From positions 51,462 through 115,461 of the IMG/VR virus record IMGVR_UViG_3300045988_105372: DNA of 64,000 bases; one strand, given 5' to 3'. The notes beneath the pieces are model-generated. The model saw only the letters and a program-made list of their open reading frames with translations. It did no database searches and was not told where the DNA came from. The DNA is from a virus. Below, in pieces: positions 10,366 to 20,405 of the stretch; position 1 is the stretch's first letter, and each line of letters starts with the position of its first letter. The translations under genes were made by a program, and so were the position numbers.

Positions 10366-11136
10366 CTACATATCCGCCAGCATAGCATCGAAGTCTTCAT
10401 CTTGAGCCTCCTTGCCTTCAGTAGAGTCAATAGATTTAGCCTCTTCTGAATCAGCTGCTGGTACAGGAGTAGTAGGCTTACGCTTCTCCATATCCTCTTT
10501 CTGCTTAATCTCATAACTAGAGAATGACAATTTATCTTCCTCTAAGCTAGCAAAATTATCACGGATATAGAACTGTCCATCACTATTAATAGCTCCAATA
10601 TCAGGAATCTTAGCAAATACATTACCAGTTTCCTTTGAAATTCCCTTTTCATCCTTTTTCTTTTCCTTACGACCGCTAAGCTTTAAATAAAAGTTTTTAT
10701 TCATACAATGCTTAGTCAATACTGCCTGGAAAAGCTGCATGAATTGGTCAGTACTCTTACAAGCAGGAGCTTTAGTTATAAACAATTCTTTAGCTTTATC
10801 ACCACCTACTACTGTTATAATATGCAGCATAAAACCTTTAAGCTGTTCAAATGCTGAAGGAAGTACATATGGGAATTCTACGCCCTTAGAATCCTTTCTC
10901 TTACCCTCATATCTTTTAGCAGAACTTTCATTAGGATAAAACAATGATTCTTGATAAGTTCCTTGCTCTCCTTCAAAATGAAGTACCAGAGATTTCCAAG
11001 TTGTATTAGGGTCTTGCTTACCTTGACCCTCCTTAACTTCTATACTTTTTAACTGAACGAGATAAATTCCATAAGGACGAAGACCTTTCTTACTTGTAGG
11101 ATTAATATCACCAAGACCACCAAAATTTAAATTCAT
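10366..11136 (-). CDS. hypothetical protein (256 aa), acidic C-terminus (possible ssDNA-binding protein)
   Basis: ORF track; acidic tail DEDFDAMLADM typical of SSBs; weak. Confidence 0.45.
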   Translation of the reverse strand: MNLNFGGLGDINPTSKKGLRPYGIYLVQLKSIEVKEGQGKQDPNTTWKSLVLHFEGEQGTYQESLFYPNESSAKRYEGKRKDSKGVEFPYVLPSAFEQLKGFMLHIITVVGGDKAKELFITKAPACKSTDQFMQLFQAVLTKHCMNKNFYLKLSGRKEKKKDEKGISKETGNVFAKIPDIGAINSDGQFYIRDNFASLEEDKLSFSSYEIKQKEDMEKRKPTTPVPAADSEEAKSIDSTEGKEAQDEDFDAMLADM

Positions 11137-11148
11137 ATTGCTATATTA

Positions 11149-11754
11149 TTAAAGATTATCGAAATTAAAATCATTATCTGAGATTTCTGTATCATCTGCG
11201 TTGCCGTCAATAAGACTAGCCATTTCGTCATCTAATTCATCTTCTGATGCAATATCCTCTGCTTCAGGAACTACATCTTCTTTAATCTCAGGCTCTCGAT
11301 TACCTGTTAATATAAACAATCCATCAATTTTAGGATGTGGAGTGAAAGTAAACTCATTACCATGCTCAGCAAGGTTCTGGTTATTCTTTCCTCTATATGA
11401 AACTGCATTCTTCTGAGTTAATTTATTACCTGACTGCGTACCAAATGTTTCAGCAGCTCCGATAACTAAGCACTCCTTCTTATTAAGTTTCTGCTGTTTA
11501 ATGTCTACCTTATCTCCTGGTTCTACACCAAGAGCCTCAACAGCAGCCTTATTAAGAATATACTTATTCTCCTCAAGAATTAATAGTGGATTAGGATTTG
11601 TATCATCTACTTCTGAATCTTTCTTTTTAGAAGAAGACTTACGAGTAGACGGCTTCTTTACAGAATCATCTTTCAATTCACGTGTATCAGTAAAAATTTC
11701 TCCAGTTTCTTCATTAAGCCACTCGGACTTAATTGTCATTTTAATTAGCTTCAT
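11149..11754 (-). CDS. hypothetical protein (201 aa), acidic termini
   Basis: ORF track. Confidence 0.45.
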   Translation of the reverse strand: MKLIKMTIKSEWLNEETGEIFTDTRELKDDSVKKPSTRKSSSKKKDSEVDDTNPNPLLILEENKYILNKAAVEALGVEPGDKVDIKQQKLNKKECLVIGAAETFGTQSGNKLTQKNAVSYRGKNNQNLAEHGNEFTFTPHPKIDGLFILTGNREPEIKEDVVPEAEDIASEDELDDEMASLIDGNADDTEISDNDFNFDNL

Positions 11755-12496
11755 TTAAAATATTGTCATCATTATTGGTTTCATTATGGTCATCTGCGAT
11801 TTCTTCTTCTTCCTCACCATATTCAAAGTTATGGATAGTATCTAAAACCTTCTGCATATTAGGTTCAATCAGTTTATCTTTAAAACATCCATCAACACTA
11901 CGACAAGTATCATTACCATTGGTTTTGGTTCTAAAGAAATAACTAATATTGCCCTCATCATCAACCTGACGTTCAGTATATAAAATATAAGAAAATAAAC
12001 CATCAATATTTACAGTTCTATCCAACATTTTACCACTAGAATATAACTGCCAATGTTCATCGAGGTCAGTACCAGCATTAATAATATGACTAATGAATAC
12101 TACATTAAGATCTTCACGCAGTTCACTAGCTTCCATGATTAAATCATAGTAATTTTTAGCAAACACAACGTGCTTATCCCAACCTTTTTCAAGGGCAGAA
12201 TCCATTATATTATTTGAAAGACAATAGTTAGCATCATCTACGACTACTGTCTTAATATCAGAACGTAATTTATCAATAATCTTTAACCACTTACCAATAG
12301 TAGTATAATCATTAGACACAAGCCAATTTCCAACTGGCTTCTTATTTACAACTTCAGCTTTCTTGTACTTACGTCTAAATCCAGGAATTTGAAGTTGCTT
12401 GTTAGTACAACTAATGATAAATGTTGATTTATAATCTAAATAACGCAAAGAAGTGCTTTTTCCGGTACCACTCAAACCTGCTAAACCAATAATCAT
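11741..12496 (-). CDS. P-loop NTPase (251 aa), Walker A GLAGLSGTGKST at N-terminus
   Basis: Walker A at residues 4-15; kinase-like or RecA-like. Confidence 0.5.
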   Translation of the reverse strand: MIIGLAGLSGTGKSTSLRYLDYKSTFIISCTNKQLQIPGFRRKYKKAEVVNKKPVGNWLVSNDYTTIGKWLKIIDKLRSDIKTVVVDDANYCLSNNIMDSALEKGWDKHVVFAKNYYDLIMEASELREDLNVVFISHIINAGTDLDEHWQLYSSGKMLDRTVNIDGLFSYILYTERQVDDEGNISYFFRTKTNGNDTCRSVDGCFKDKLIEPNMQKVLDTIHNFEYGEEEEEIADDHNETNNDDNILNEAN

Positions 12497-13575
12497 AAAC
12501 TATAGTCTAATTTATTTTTCACTTTTTCATCTTTATCTTCATTCTTTATTGTATTATCTGTTGAACTGTTATTTGTAGCTCGATATCTAGAATAATCAAA
12601 GATTTCTTCTGGCTTAGGCATTTCCATCCACTTATTTACTGCTCCGTCAAAGAAACAGCAATCAGCTACTTGGTTTTCTCCATATCTTGACTTTAGTACA
12701 AGAATACTTCGAAACCTATAACCCATTTCTTTAACTTGGTAACCTCTATAAGTTGTTCTTTTATCAACTTGAGGATTATATACAGCTAAAATAATTTCAG
12801 AATTCTCTGAAACAGTGGATGTTTCCTTAATATCCTCCACCATTGGCTCCATGAAAGCTTCATTCTTTTTTCTTTCCATGTTAGCCACTGCTCTATTGGA
12901 TTGCATAACAATAATTGGAGATAATCCTGTTTTATTTCTAATGATAACTAATTTATTAGTATAATCATCAATTTCTCCTTTTCTGTTTCTTCCATTGGAT
13001 GGTTGGATCAATCCAACATGGTCAGTTACTGAAAGTATTACTTTTTCAGGGTCTTTCGGAATATATTTATTCTCTGTAAATTCTCCTTCTTTTTTAAGCT
13101 CTTCCATTGTAACTTTTATGAGCCTATCAGAATTAAAAGAGCCTTCGTATATAGTTAGTACTTTATATACTTTTTCTAGCCAATCATATCCTAGTTGTAC
13201 ATACTCATATAAATCATCAGGTAAAATATAATCTTTACCTATAGATAATATTTGTTTAGCAGTTACAACAATATGATAGGTATCATATAAATAGGTACTT
13301 AATAATTTAGCTATAATAAAGTCTTCTTTCATTTCAAGAGCAAAGAAAATAATTTTTAATTTATTATCTTCTAAATGTTCTTTTAAAGGAGCATATATGT
13401 AAGAATATAATACACATGAACTTTTACCTTGTCCTGAACTCGCAAATAAAAGAGTCATGGTACTTTTAGTAATACCTCCTATTAATTCTTCCAATTTAGG
13501 AAGACCCATACTAAATCCTTGATTAAATCCTTGTCTACCAAGCTCTATCGAACGTTTAAAACTTTCTAAACTCAC
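12493..13575 (-). CDS. DnaB-like replicative helicase C-terminal (RecA-fold) domain protein (360 aa)
   Basis: Walker A LLFASSGQGKSS, Walker B-like ILSVTDHVGLI. Confidence 0.5.
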   Translation of the reverse strand: MSLESFKRSIELGRQGFNQGFSMGLPKLEELIGGITKSTMTLLFASSGQGKSSCVLYSYIYAPLKEHLEDNKLKIIFFALEMKEDFIIAKLLSTYLYDTYHIVVTAKQILSIGKDYILPDDLYEYVQLGYDWLEKVYKVLTIYEGSFNSDRLIKVTMEELKKEGEFTENKYIPKDPEKVILSVTDHVGLIQPSNGRNRKGEIDDYTNKLVIIRNKTGLSPIIVMQSNRAVANMERKKNEAFMEPMVEDIKETSTVSENSEIILAVYNPQVDKRTTYRGYQVKEMGYRFRSILVLKSRYGENQVADCCFFDGAVNKWMEMPKPEEIFDYSRYRATNNSSTDNTIKNEDKDEKVKNKLDYSL

Positions 13576-14183
13576 AGAGTGGTGATTGAATTATAATTCA
13601 TACCTGAATCTCCATTCTTTAAAGCTTCAAGGTCTTCCCATTTTTCATCTACAATAAATGTAGCTAAGCTATAATTAATAATACCATTATCAGTATTAGC
13701 TTCCCAATCTAGTAAATCAATAATCTTTTTATGAAGTTCTTCATTCCAATGGATTTTCTTTCCATAAGTTCTATAAGCATCTTCAAGACTATTAAACTTT
13801 TTAGAAACACCTAGCATACTAGTTAAGCATCCATTAATATTTCTAAATCTAGGATAATGTTCTCTAAGTTCTTTTCCCATTTCAAAGGAACTCTTAGCTA
13901 AACATTTTAGGAAGTTTTTATTAAATGGTATCTCTTCAGGAACTAGTTTCATTCCTGGAATAATTTTATAACTTTTAAGGATAAGACCTTTATCTTGTAA
14001 AGATTTAAGTATATCTATAAAACTTCCTACATACTTTTTATCAATAGCCAAATACCTACGAAGATAATCTTCTGAATAATCTTCTATATAAGCATTAATA
14101 GCTTTAATAACAAATAATTCAGTAGGAGTAATATTATATTTTTCTAAAATTGTTATTTCTTCATCAATGTTTAAATCAAACAT
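13572..14183 (-). CDS. hypothetical protein (203 aa)
   Basis: ORF track. Confidence 0.45.
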   Translation of the reverse strand: MFDLNIDEEITILEKYNITPTELFVIKAINAYIEDYSEDYLRRYLAIDKKYVGSFIDILKSLQDKGLILKSYKIIPGMKLVPEEIPFNKNFLKCLAKSSFEMGKELREHYPRFRNINGCLTSMLGVSKKFNSLEDAYRTYGKKIHWNEELHKKIIDLLDWEANTDNGIINYSLATFIVDEKWEDLEALKNGDSGMNYNSITTL

Positions 14184-14261
14184 ACAGTAATTCGGATAAT
14201 TAAAAGTCTTCCATACTGTAATTAAGTTAATCTCTTCTCAGAGCGATATTAATACATAGAT

Positions 14262-15392
14262 TCAGAATCTAAAATCAAATTTAGGAACTATCTTTTCACC
14301 TGGGGTAAAGTCTTTACCTTGTAATACTTTATCCAATTCTGATTCGTCTATAGTTATAAAAGAATCTCCCTTATGAGAATCATAAAACCACTTGGTCTCT
14401 TGAGTCCTATTTAATACTATATTGAATATCTCTGCTGTCTTACCTTTTTCAAAGCGGATTGATCTTCCTCTCCGTTGACAAGCTCTAGTAGTTGAACTAT
14501 CTAATCCAAATATAATAGCTACAGAAAGACCTTTTACATCAAGTCCTTCATCAGCTTTTTTTACTGTAGATAATAGAGTCACCTTTCCAGAGTTAAAATC
14601 TTCAATAGCTGTAGCACTTCTTTTCTTAGAAGTTCTACTAGAATATACAGTAGCATTAGGAATTTTTTCTGCCATTTTAATATTATTAGCAAAAGTTATT
14701 ATTTTTTTATCCTTTCTAGCTTCTATAATTTTCTTTACTATTTCAATTTTCTTTGAATGATTATTTATGAAAGCTTTTTTCTCATGCATAGTAGACCAAA
14801 ATCTGATAGCATGATAATTTATATTTTGCAATACTTCAGATTTTTTGTTAGGATCACTACACATAGAATCTCTTAGGAGTAGTTTATTTCGCCAACCCAT
14901 AGGACCGGCTAATTTATTAACTAACTCCCAAGAGAATCCGAAGAATTCAAAATGAGAAATGAATTCTTTATTTATTTTTTCATATTCTTCTAAATCATCA
15001 ACATTTACTAAGACTAGATATTCTTTATATGGGCTAACCCAACCATTTGCAAGACAAGTATTAATATCAATAGTATCAATTACTGGACAGTATTTTGCTA
15101 ATATTTTATCTCTACCATCAAGACGCTCAAAAGTAGCTGTAAGACCTAAGATAAATTGGTATTTTACTACTTCAAATAATCTTACAAAAGTCTCAGCTGC
15201 ATATCTATGCGCTTCATCCAGTACTAAAAGATCATATTTGGCAGGATGTTTTATTACAGTGTTTATTATTTGTACATCACAACTTAATCCTAGCCCATTA
15301 GAATCTATATGACCACACCATTGTTTTTGTAAAGTTTCTGTTGGCACAATTATTAGTACTCGATATTGTGGAAAGTGTTTTAACACTGTTTT
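14262..15392 (-). CDS. SF2 (DEAH-box/SNF2-like) helicase, C-terminal exon/segment carrying KT of motif I, motifs Ia (LIIVPTETL), II (LDEAH), III (TATFER), V, VI (QRRGRSIR)
   Basis: ORF track 14262..15386 begins with GTG; in-frame extension AAA ACA (K T) gives ...KTVLKHFPQYRVLIIVPTE; motif I N-terminal part lies 350 nt upstream. Confidence 0.6.
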   Translation of the reverse strand, partial: KTVLKHFPQYRVLIIVPTETLQKQWCGHIDSNGLGLSCDVQIINTVIKHPAKYDLLVLDEAHRYAAETFVRLFEVVKYQFILGLTATFERLDGRDKILAKYCPVIDTIDINTCLANGWVSPYKEYLVLVNVDDLEEYEKINKEFISHFEFFGFSWELVNKLAGPMGWRNKLLLRDSMCSDPNKKSEVLQNINYHAIRFWSTMHEKKAFINNHSKKIEIVKKIIEARKDKKIITFANNIKMAEKIPNATVYSSRTSKKRSATAIEDFNSGKVTLLSTVKKADEGLDVKGLSVAIIFGLDSSTTRACQRRGRSIRFEKGKTAEIFNIVLNRTQETKWFYDSHKGDSFITIDESELDKVLQGKDFTPGEKIVPKFDFRF

Positions 15393-15741
15393 AATACAGT
15401 TTAGTCCTACTCTGGATTTCGATTTTGTTATCGTATAGTTTTTTATCTATACTTCTTACTATTACTAGCAAGTCCCGCATAAATTTTTACCCACTTATTT
15501 CAGTTGGGGTATCGAACACTCGTGGAGAAATTATATTCTAATGAAAATAGTCTAGCTATTAACTAGATTATTTATTAGTTTCATTCTCTATGCTGTACGG
15601 TGTAGAAGATTCTTTAATTTCTTCTATTACCTCGGTATTACCCTCTATAGGGCTTTCACCGATTTTGCTCGATGATAATTCCGAAGATTCCTCTATCGGA
15701 ACGGCATCGTAATTAACAGGTATATGACCCGCTTTTACAGT
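15393..15741 (-). other. ~349-bp intervening element inside helicase Walker A (between GFG and KT codons); candidate intron or other insertion
   Basis: upstream ORF ends ...GTIVASTGFG then loses helicase similarity; downstream resumes KTVLKHF; flanked by ACTGTAAAA / ACTGTATTAAAA direct repeats; contains R/S-like CCAGAGTAGGACTAAAC. Confidence 0.35.
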
Positions 15742-15873
15742 ACCAAATCCAGTAGATGCGACTATTGTCCCTACACAACGATTTTTTATCCATTTTCTAC
15801 GACACTCTTCTTGTCGTTCATCTCTAGTGATTTTATGAAATAGTTCTCCTTCAATCAGAGAGTTTGTAGCCAT
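15568..15873 (-). CDS. helicase N-terminal segment (Q-motif region + first half of Walker A ...VGTIVASTGFG) followed by out-of-context 57-aa tail
   Basis: ORF track; ASTGFG matches AxTGxG of SF2 motif I. Confidence 0.5.
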   Translation of the reverse strand: MATNSLIEGELFHKITRDERQEECRRKWIKNRCVGTIVASTGFGTVKAGHIPVNYDAVPIEESSELSSSKIGESPIEGNTEVIEEIKESSTPYSIENETNK

Positions 15874-16837
15874 TGTAATCAGCTACTGCTTTGATTTGTT
15901 TAATACGCTTCTCCCACTCTGAAGCTTGCCATCTAACCTTATTTTCGAGATGCAGTAAAACTTTATCTCTTAAGGTTTCCAATTGTACTTTAGTCAGATC
16001 ATTATAACGCTTATCATATTTATCCTTACGGAAGGTAAGCATTGCGCTAAACTCTTTTAGAGTTAAGCCTTTTCTATCATCAATTTTTAAAACAAGACCT
16101 TTTCTGTCTTCAGGATTCTTAGGGTCTCTCAATTTAATATTTAGAAGTTCAGCAACTTGCTTAATTCTATCTATTAAACGACCATTCTCGTCTTTCTTAT
16201 TTAATTCTAATAACTCAGAACGTGTAAACCACAATCCAAGCTCAGTAATAAATGTAAGAGTAATGTGTTTACGGACACATTTACCTAAAGCAGATAAACA
16301 AGCTTCTCTAACGATATACAATGGTAATGAAGCAAACATGGTAAATGAATCTTCATCACTATTCATAATATCATTAAGGGTCCACTCTTTAAAGAGAGTC
16401 TCTGCAATAGCACTAACATTTGTCTCGCCCTCACCACTTTCTGCATTCTCTTTAGCAAACTGTTCTGCCTGAGCAGTAATCTGCTGATTGAGCATATTAA
16501 AGAAACTAGTTCTTACAATACCTTGTCTAGTACTACCTTCACCTGGGTACAATAGCCAAATTAAGAACAACTCAGCATTACAGCGAGTTCTTTGATCTTC
16601 AATCTGTTCCAACAAAACTCGTCGTCCAGGATTTTCATAGTTGTCACTATAAAGCATTGATTCACAATGTTTATATGCTTTACGTAATTCTTCTTCAGTC
16701 ATATCTACCATTTTCATAGAAGACTGAATGCGTTCACCATCTACAATTTTTCTGGAACCTTTCCAGAGAAATGTTTCTACATCATTATTCTTAGCTTCAA
16801 AAGCTTGATTGAGTTTATCACCTAAAACTGTTGTCAT
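15851..16837 (-). CDS. hypothetical protein (328 aa)
   Basis: ORF track. Confidence 0.5.
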   Translation of the reverse strand: MTTVLGDKLNQAFEAKNNDVETFLWKGSRKIVDGERIQSSMKMVDMTEEELRKAYKHCESMLYSDNYENPGRRVLLEQIEDQRTRCNAELFLIWLLYPGEGSTRQGIVRTSFFNMLNQQITAQAEQFAKENAESGEGETNVSAIAETLFKEWTLNDIMNSDEDSFTMFASLPLYIVREACLSALGKCVRKHITLTFITELGLWFTRSELLELNKKDENGRLIDRIKQVAELLNIKLRDPKNPEDRKGLVLKIDDRKGLTLKEFSAMLTFRKDKYDKRYNDLTKVQLETLRDKVLLHLENKVRWQASEWEKRIKQIKAVADYNGYKLSD

Positions 16838-16853
16838 AAATCTTAAAGATTAT

Positions 16854-17192
16854 TTATTGTATTATTATATCATCTACGTTTTTAGGTCTCTGAGGGACAA
16901 ACTTAATAAACCAGACATTATTATATCTGTATTTCTGTTGTGTGTCTCCATCGTACCATTCATCTATCCCTGCTATTACAGGCTTCACTTCGAGATAACC
17001 AATATCCCCATAATTTATAGTAGCAGCGCTCCAATTAGGAGGTTGAGTACACATAAGGTATTTAGTCTTTTCTCTAAGCTTATCCTCATTATCTAACAAT
17101 TCGAATACATATATCACATAGCCTAAGCTATCATTAAATTTCTCAAGTAATTTACTATAAACAACCATTAATTGATAAATAAATTTCCGCAA
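16854..17192 (-). CDS. hypothetical protein (112 aa)
   Basis: ORF track. Confidence 0.45.
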   Translation of the reverse strand: MRKFIYQLMVVYSKLLEKFNDSLGYVIYVFELLDNEDKLREKTKYLMCTQPPNWSAATINYGDIGYLEVKPVIAGIDEWYDGDTQQKYRYNNVWFIKFVPQRPKNVDDIIIQ

Positions 17193-17400
17193 TAATATGG
17201 TAATCCTTTTTCAAGGCGTAAATATTATTTATCAATTTTTAGTAATTTTAGTTATCTAGGATTATAATTTCTGCATCCATACTTAGCAAAATTACATTTA
17301 AGCATGCCCATATTTACTAAGCATTTATATCTTTTACAATTCTTACAATCTCTATCTGGAAATTTAAATTTCTTACCGTCAGTATCCTTTATGTAAGTAT

Positions 17401-17766
17401 CTAATGTATTAGAGCACATATTATAGATAATATACTTATACCTCCAAATAAATAATTCAATTTTGATAATTTTTTATTTTGTATATACAATTCATTATTT
17501 TTATCAGATTGAATCTTTATTTGATAATTTTTATATGTTAGCGTACTATCCAGCGTATTTACTAAAGATTTGTAGTTATTTATTTGAATTTTTTGTAGAC
17601 TATCATTTACTAGTAAATATTTATGCTCATTAAAAATAAGATTAGTTATTTTTAATTGATACGGTGTCAATAAGAAGTTTTCTCCCGACTTCTTGAATGT
17701 AGTTTGTGAAAAACTGCATGTCGCTATCAGGAGACTGCTTAATAATATTGTCCTTCTCTTTAACAT
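17401..17766 (-). CDS. putative secreted/lipoprotein (start trimmed to MLKRRTILLSSLLIATCSF signal peptide)
   Basis: ORF track 17401..17814; signal-peptide-like N-terminus from internal Met. Confidence 0.4.
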   Translation of the reverse strand: MLKRRTILLSSLLIATCSFSQTTFKKSGENFLLTPYQLKITNLIFNEHKYLLVNDSLQKIQINNYKSLVNTLDSTLTYKNYQIKIQSDKNNELYIQNKKLSKLNYLFGGISILSIICALIH

Positions 17767-17974
17767 AGATAGTTTTATTATAGTAGATAGCAGTATCACA
17801 CTTATCGATATCAACTTTAATAGAATTTTTCTTACTATTTAATGAGTCTATTTTTCTTTCTAAGGTATCTGTAGGCATTACAGTAGTAGATTTAAACCCT
17901 TTATATAAAAAGATAGTAGCTCCTATAATAGTAATAAAAATTAATATTAAAATTAATCTATCTAAAAGTTTCAT
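17642..17974 (-). CDS. membrane-anchored hypothetical protein (110 aa)
   Basis: ORF track; N-terminal TM helix; 3' end overlaps next gene by ~125 nt in another frame. Confidence 0.4.
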   Translation of the reverse strand: MKLLDRLILILIFITIIGATIFLYKGFKSTTVMPTDTLERKIDSLNSKKNSIKVDIDKCDTAIYYNKTIYVKEKDNIIKQSPDSDMQFFTNYIQEVGRKLLIDTVSIKNN

Positions 17975-18408
17975 TAATCTGCTACTGCCTTATTATATAA
18001 AGCTGCTTTTTGAGCTAAAGCTTTAGTTTTTTCTTTAGCTTTTTCATATTTATCTTTAGCTTTAGCATATGCCACACTATACTGCTCAGGATATTGTTTT
18101 ACGTGATTAACTTCATTATCAAGTATATATTTTACAGTCTCAATATTAAGAAGTCCTGCTCTACCTAATAGTACGTTGGTATTTCTATCACTAATACTTT
18201 TACCATAAGCAATTTTCTTACCAAGTTCGTTGTTGTGTTTATCTACCGGATTACAGAAAGATACTCCAAAACTAAGAACTCTAGTAGGATTTTCAAATAC
18301 AGCACTTTCTCTAAGAACAGCGCATACTACAAAGTAATGATCTTTACCTTCAAAGTCTACAAAACTACCTTCTCTGTAATCTACAAGTTTCTGCTTAGTG
18401 TTTGTCAT
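17974..18408 (-). CDS. hypothetical protein (144 aa)
   Basis: ORF track. Confidence 0.45.
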   Translation of the reverse strand: MTNTKQKLVDYREGSFVDFEGKDHYFVVCAVLRESAVFENPTRVLSFGVSFCNPVDKHNNELGKKIAYGKSISDRNTNVLLGRAGLLNIETVKYILDNEVNHVKQYPEQYSVAYAKAKDKYEKAKEKTKALAQKAALYNKAVAD

Positions 18409-18674
18409 AATTTTTTAAATTTGGAATTATTAATAATATAATCTAGAGGAGCTGATACTAAGTCAATGGATTTTATAATTCTGTATCCAATTTTTTTAGT
18501 AACTTGTATCCTCTCTTTAAGAGGTTTACTTGAAGATATAAACTTGCTACCTAGCAATTCCTCTCTATCTTTATAGTGAGCATATGCTGTAAGTTCATAG
18601 ACGAACATCTTAGAAACTGTAATGTCTCTATGATGTTCGTCTCTCCAAGTAGTTATAGGAATGGACTTAATCAT
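18405..18674 (-). CDS. hypothetical protein (89 aa)
   Basis: ORF track. Confidence 0.4.
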   Translation of the reverse strand: MIKSIPITTWRDEHHRDITVSKMFVYELTAYAHYKDREELLGSKFISSSKPLKERIQVTKKIGYRIIKSIDLVSAPLDYIINNSKFKKL

Positions 18675-18988
18675 TCCTCCATCAAAGTAGTATTGTTAGG
18701 AGTTTCCCCCACAATATCATATAATCTATGAAGTTCTTTTGTATAGGAATCTAAATATTGTTGCATAGTAAAAGCCTTTTCAGAATTAGCTTTAGCTACT
18801 CTATATCTAGCAATTGATGCCATAGCTCCAGATAAGGTTAATCCATATCCTGCTAAAGTAAGTTCCTCTCTAGCCTCTCTAGTTTTAGATTTGGCATTAA
18901 TGGTCTTCATAATATATAAATCCCAATGAGGACAACTTTCATCATTTGTTGAAGATCTTAATTCAAAATCAGACTCTTTAATTATCAT
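18671..18988 (-). CDS. hypothetical protein (105 aa)
   Basis: ORF track. Confidence 0.4.
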   Translation of the reverse strand: MIIKESDFELRSSTNDESCPHWDLYIMKTINAKSKTREAREELTLAGYGLTLSGAMASIARYRVAKANSEKAFTMQQYLDSYTKELHRLYDIVGETPNNTTLMEE

Positions 18989-19247
18989 AGATTACTTTGA
19001 TCCAATACCACCAGGTCTTGTTGTTGCATTCTTTACTGTTTGAGGGAGCTTATCCCACCATACCTGCTTCTGACGAAGTCTTTCAAGCTTTGCCTTATAC
19101 TTCATTTTAACTAGAATTGAAAATTAAAAGAAAATTAATCATCTGTGTAATATTAAAATTATCTAGGTAAAATACCATAATTTAGTCATAGACACATCTA
19201 GAATAGCCTACAAACTTCTAAATTTAGAATCATGAACAATTTATCAC

Positions 19248-19286
19248 TCTAGAAATGAAAATGTCTTAGAGAGACTCTGAGACATT
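19248..19286 (-). terminator. rho-independent terminator (AATGTCT...AGACATT then UUUCAUUU)
   Basis: hairpin 19260-19286 directly after stop of small ORF 19266..19445. Confidence 0.4.
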
Positions 19287-19445
19287 ACCTTCAAAGTGCT
19301 CATCAGCATACTTACGAGCATCTTTGATATCATCGAAATATCTACTTGGTTTTAATCGGTCACTACGTTTTACCGCAATTTTACCACCAGTAGTACGATA
19401 AATAGTAATAGTGTCCACTGTTGCTTTTACAATTTCTTTAGCCAT
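19266..19445 (-). CDS. small hypothetical protein (59 aa), below ORF-track cutoff
   Basis: manual translation MAKEIVKATVDTITIYRTTGGKIAVKR...; start 2 nt after stop of upstream gene. Confidence 0.35.
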   Translation of the reverse strand: MAKEIVKATVDTITIYRTTGGKIAVKRSDRLKPSRYFDDIKDARKYADEHFEGNVSESL

Positions 19446-19447
19446 AA

Positions 19448-19663
19448 TTAATTATTTTTAAAAATTTTACTTAAAGTTTCTGTTAATTCAGGGTACAGGT
19501 AATACAGTGCTAATAACGTATTTATAATTGGACATACTAATATTAATATTGTTATTATATTAGTAGGAACATTAATTTCAGTCCATCTGTCTATAACAGC
19601 AAATGCAGATCCAATATAAATAGTTATACCTGCAACAATTATTATTGATATAACTAAATACAT
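19448..19663 (-). CDS. small membrane protein (71 aa)
   Basis: ORF track; two TM helices. Confidence 0.4.
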   Translation of the reverse strand: MYLVISIIIVAGITIYIGSAFAVIDRWTEINVPTNIITILILVCPIINTLLALYYLYPELTETLSKIFKNN

Positions 19664-20076
19664 TATTCTAATAATTCTAAACTAGCATTACTAGCTAATT
19701 CATCCGCTAGATTATTACCAAAACAATCTTGATGTCCCCTAACATGGGTAAATTTAATATTTTTTATTAAAGATTTAACTCTTTCATATTCTTTATCTAA
19801 AATATTCCAGAGCTCTACATTCTTTTTTTTCTTCCATCCTTTAGTAAGACATCCTAATACATATTGACTGTCACTTATAAATTCTACTTCATCTATTGGA
19901 GTTTTAATGGATTTAAAAGCACATAGCATAGCAATTAATTCCATTTTATTATTAGTAGTATGTTTAAAGCCTTTAGAGTATTTTTTAAATACTTTATCAT
20001 CCTTCATCCATACTATTCCAATACCTCCCTGGTCAATAGAAGATTTATAAGCACCATCAGTATAAATCTGTAACAT
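19663..20076 (-). CDS. rnhA: ribonuclease HI (137 aa)
   Basis: IYTDGA...E...D...HVRGHQD...NNLADELA catalytic DEDD(H) pattern of RNase H fold. Confidence 0.7.
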   Translation of the reverse strand: MLQIYTDGAYKSSIDQGGIGIVWMKDDKVFKKYSKGFKHTTNNKMELIAMLCAFKSIKTPIDEVEFISDSQYVLGCLTKGWKKKKNVELWNILDKEYERVKSLIKNIKFTHVRGHQDCFGNNLADELASNASLELLE

Positions 20077-20078
20077 AG

Positions 20079-20405
20079 TTATAAAGATATGTAATCTGCA
20101 TATTCAAATACTATTCCGTTCTTTTCAGGATCAAAATACGTTGTAGACATACAAAAAGTATCAAAACTATGAGCTTTTCTATAACCATTTAATAAATCTC
20201 TGACGTATTCTTCAGTATCACTTATTGTGGAAATATAACAGTGTCCCTCACCTTTAATAACAATTCGTATATCTGAAGCATCATCTAAATCTCCAGTACT
20301 AGAACTAATTTCCCAAGTTCTATTATCTGTAAATAATGCTTCTAACTCTAAATTAATGTCATGAATTAAGTCAGGGTCTAATTCATTTTTATTTATAATG
20401 ATCAT
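20079..20405 (-). CDS. hypothetical protein (108 aa)
   Basis: ORF track. Confidence 0.4.
   Translation of the reverse strand: MIIINKNELDPDLIHDINLELEALFTDNRTWEISSSTGDLDDASDIRIVIKGEGHCYISTISDTEEYVRDLLNGYRKAHSFDTFCMSTTYFDPEKNGIVFEYADYISL

Noticed and set aside
15393-15741. Calling the helicase interruption a bona fide group I intron
   Set aside because: The only junction that restores GKT ends the insert in U/A rather than the universal terminal G, and I cannot fold P1-P9 by eye; reported as an unresolved intervening element instead.
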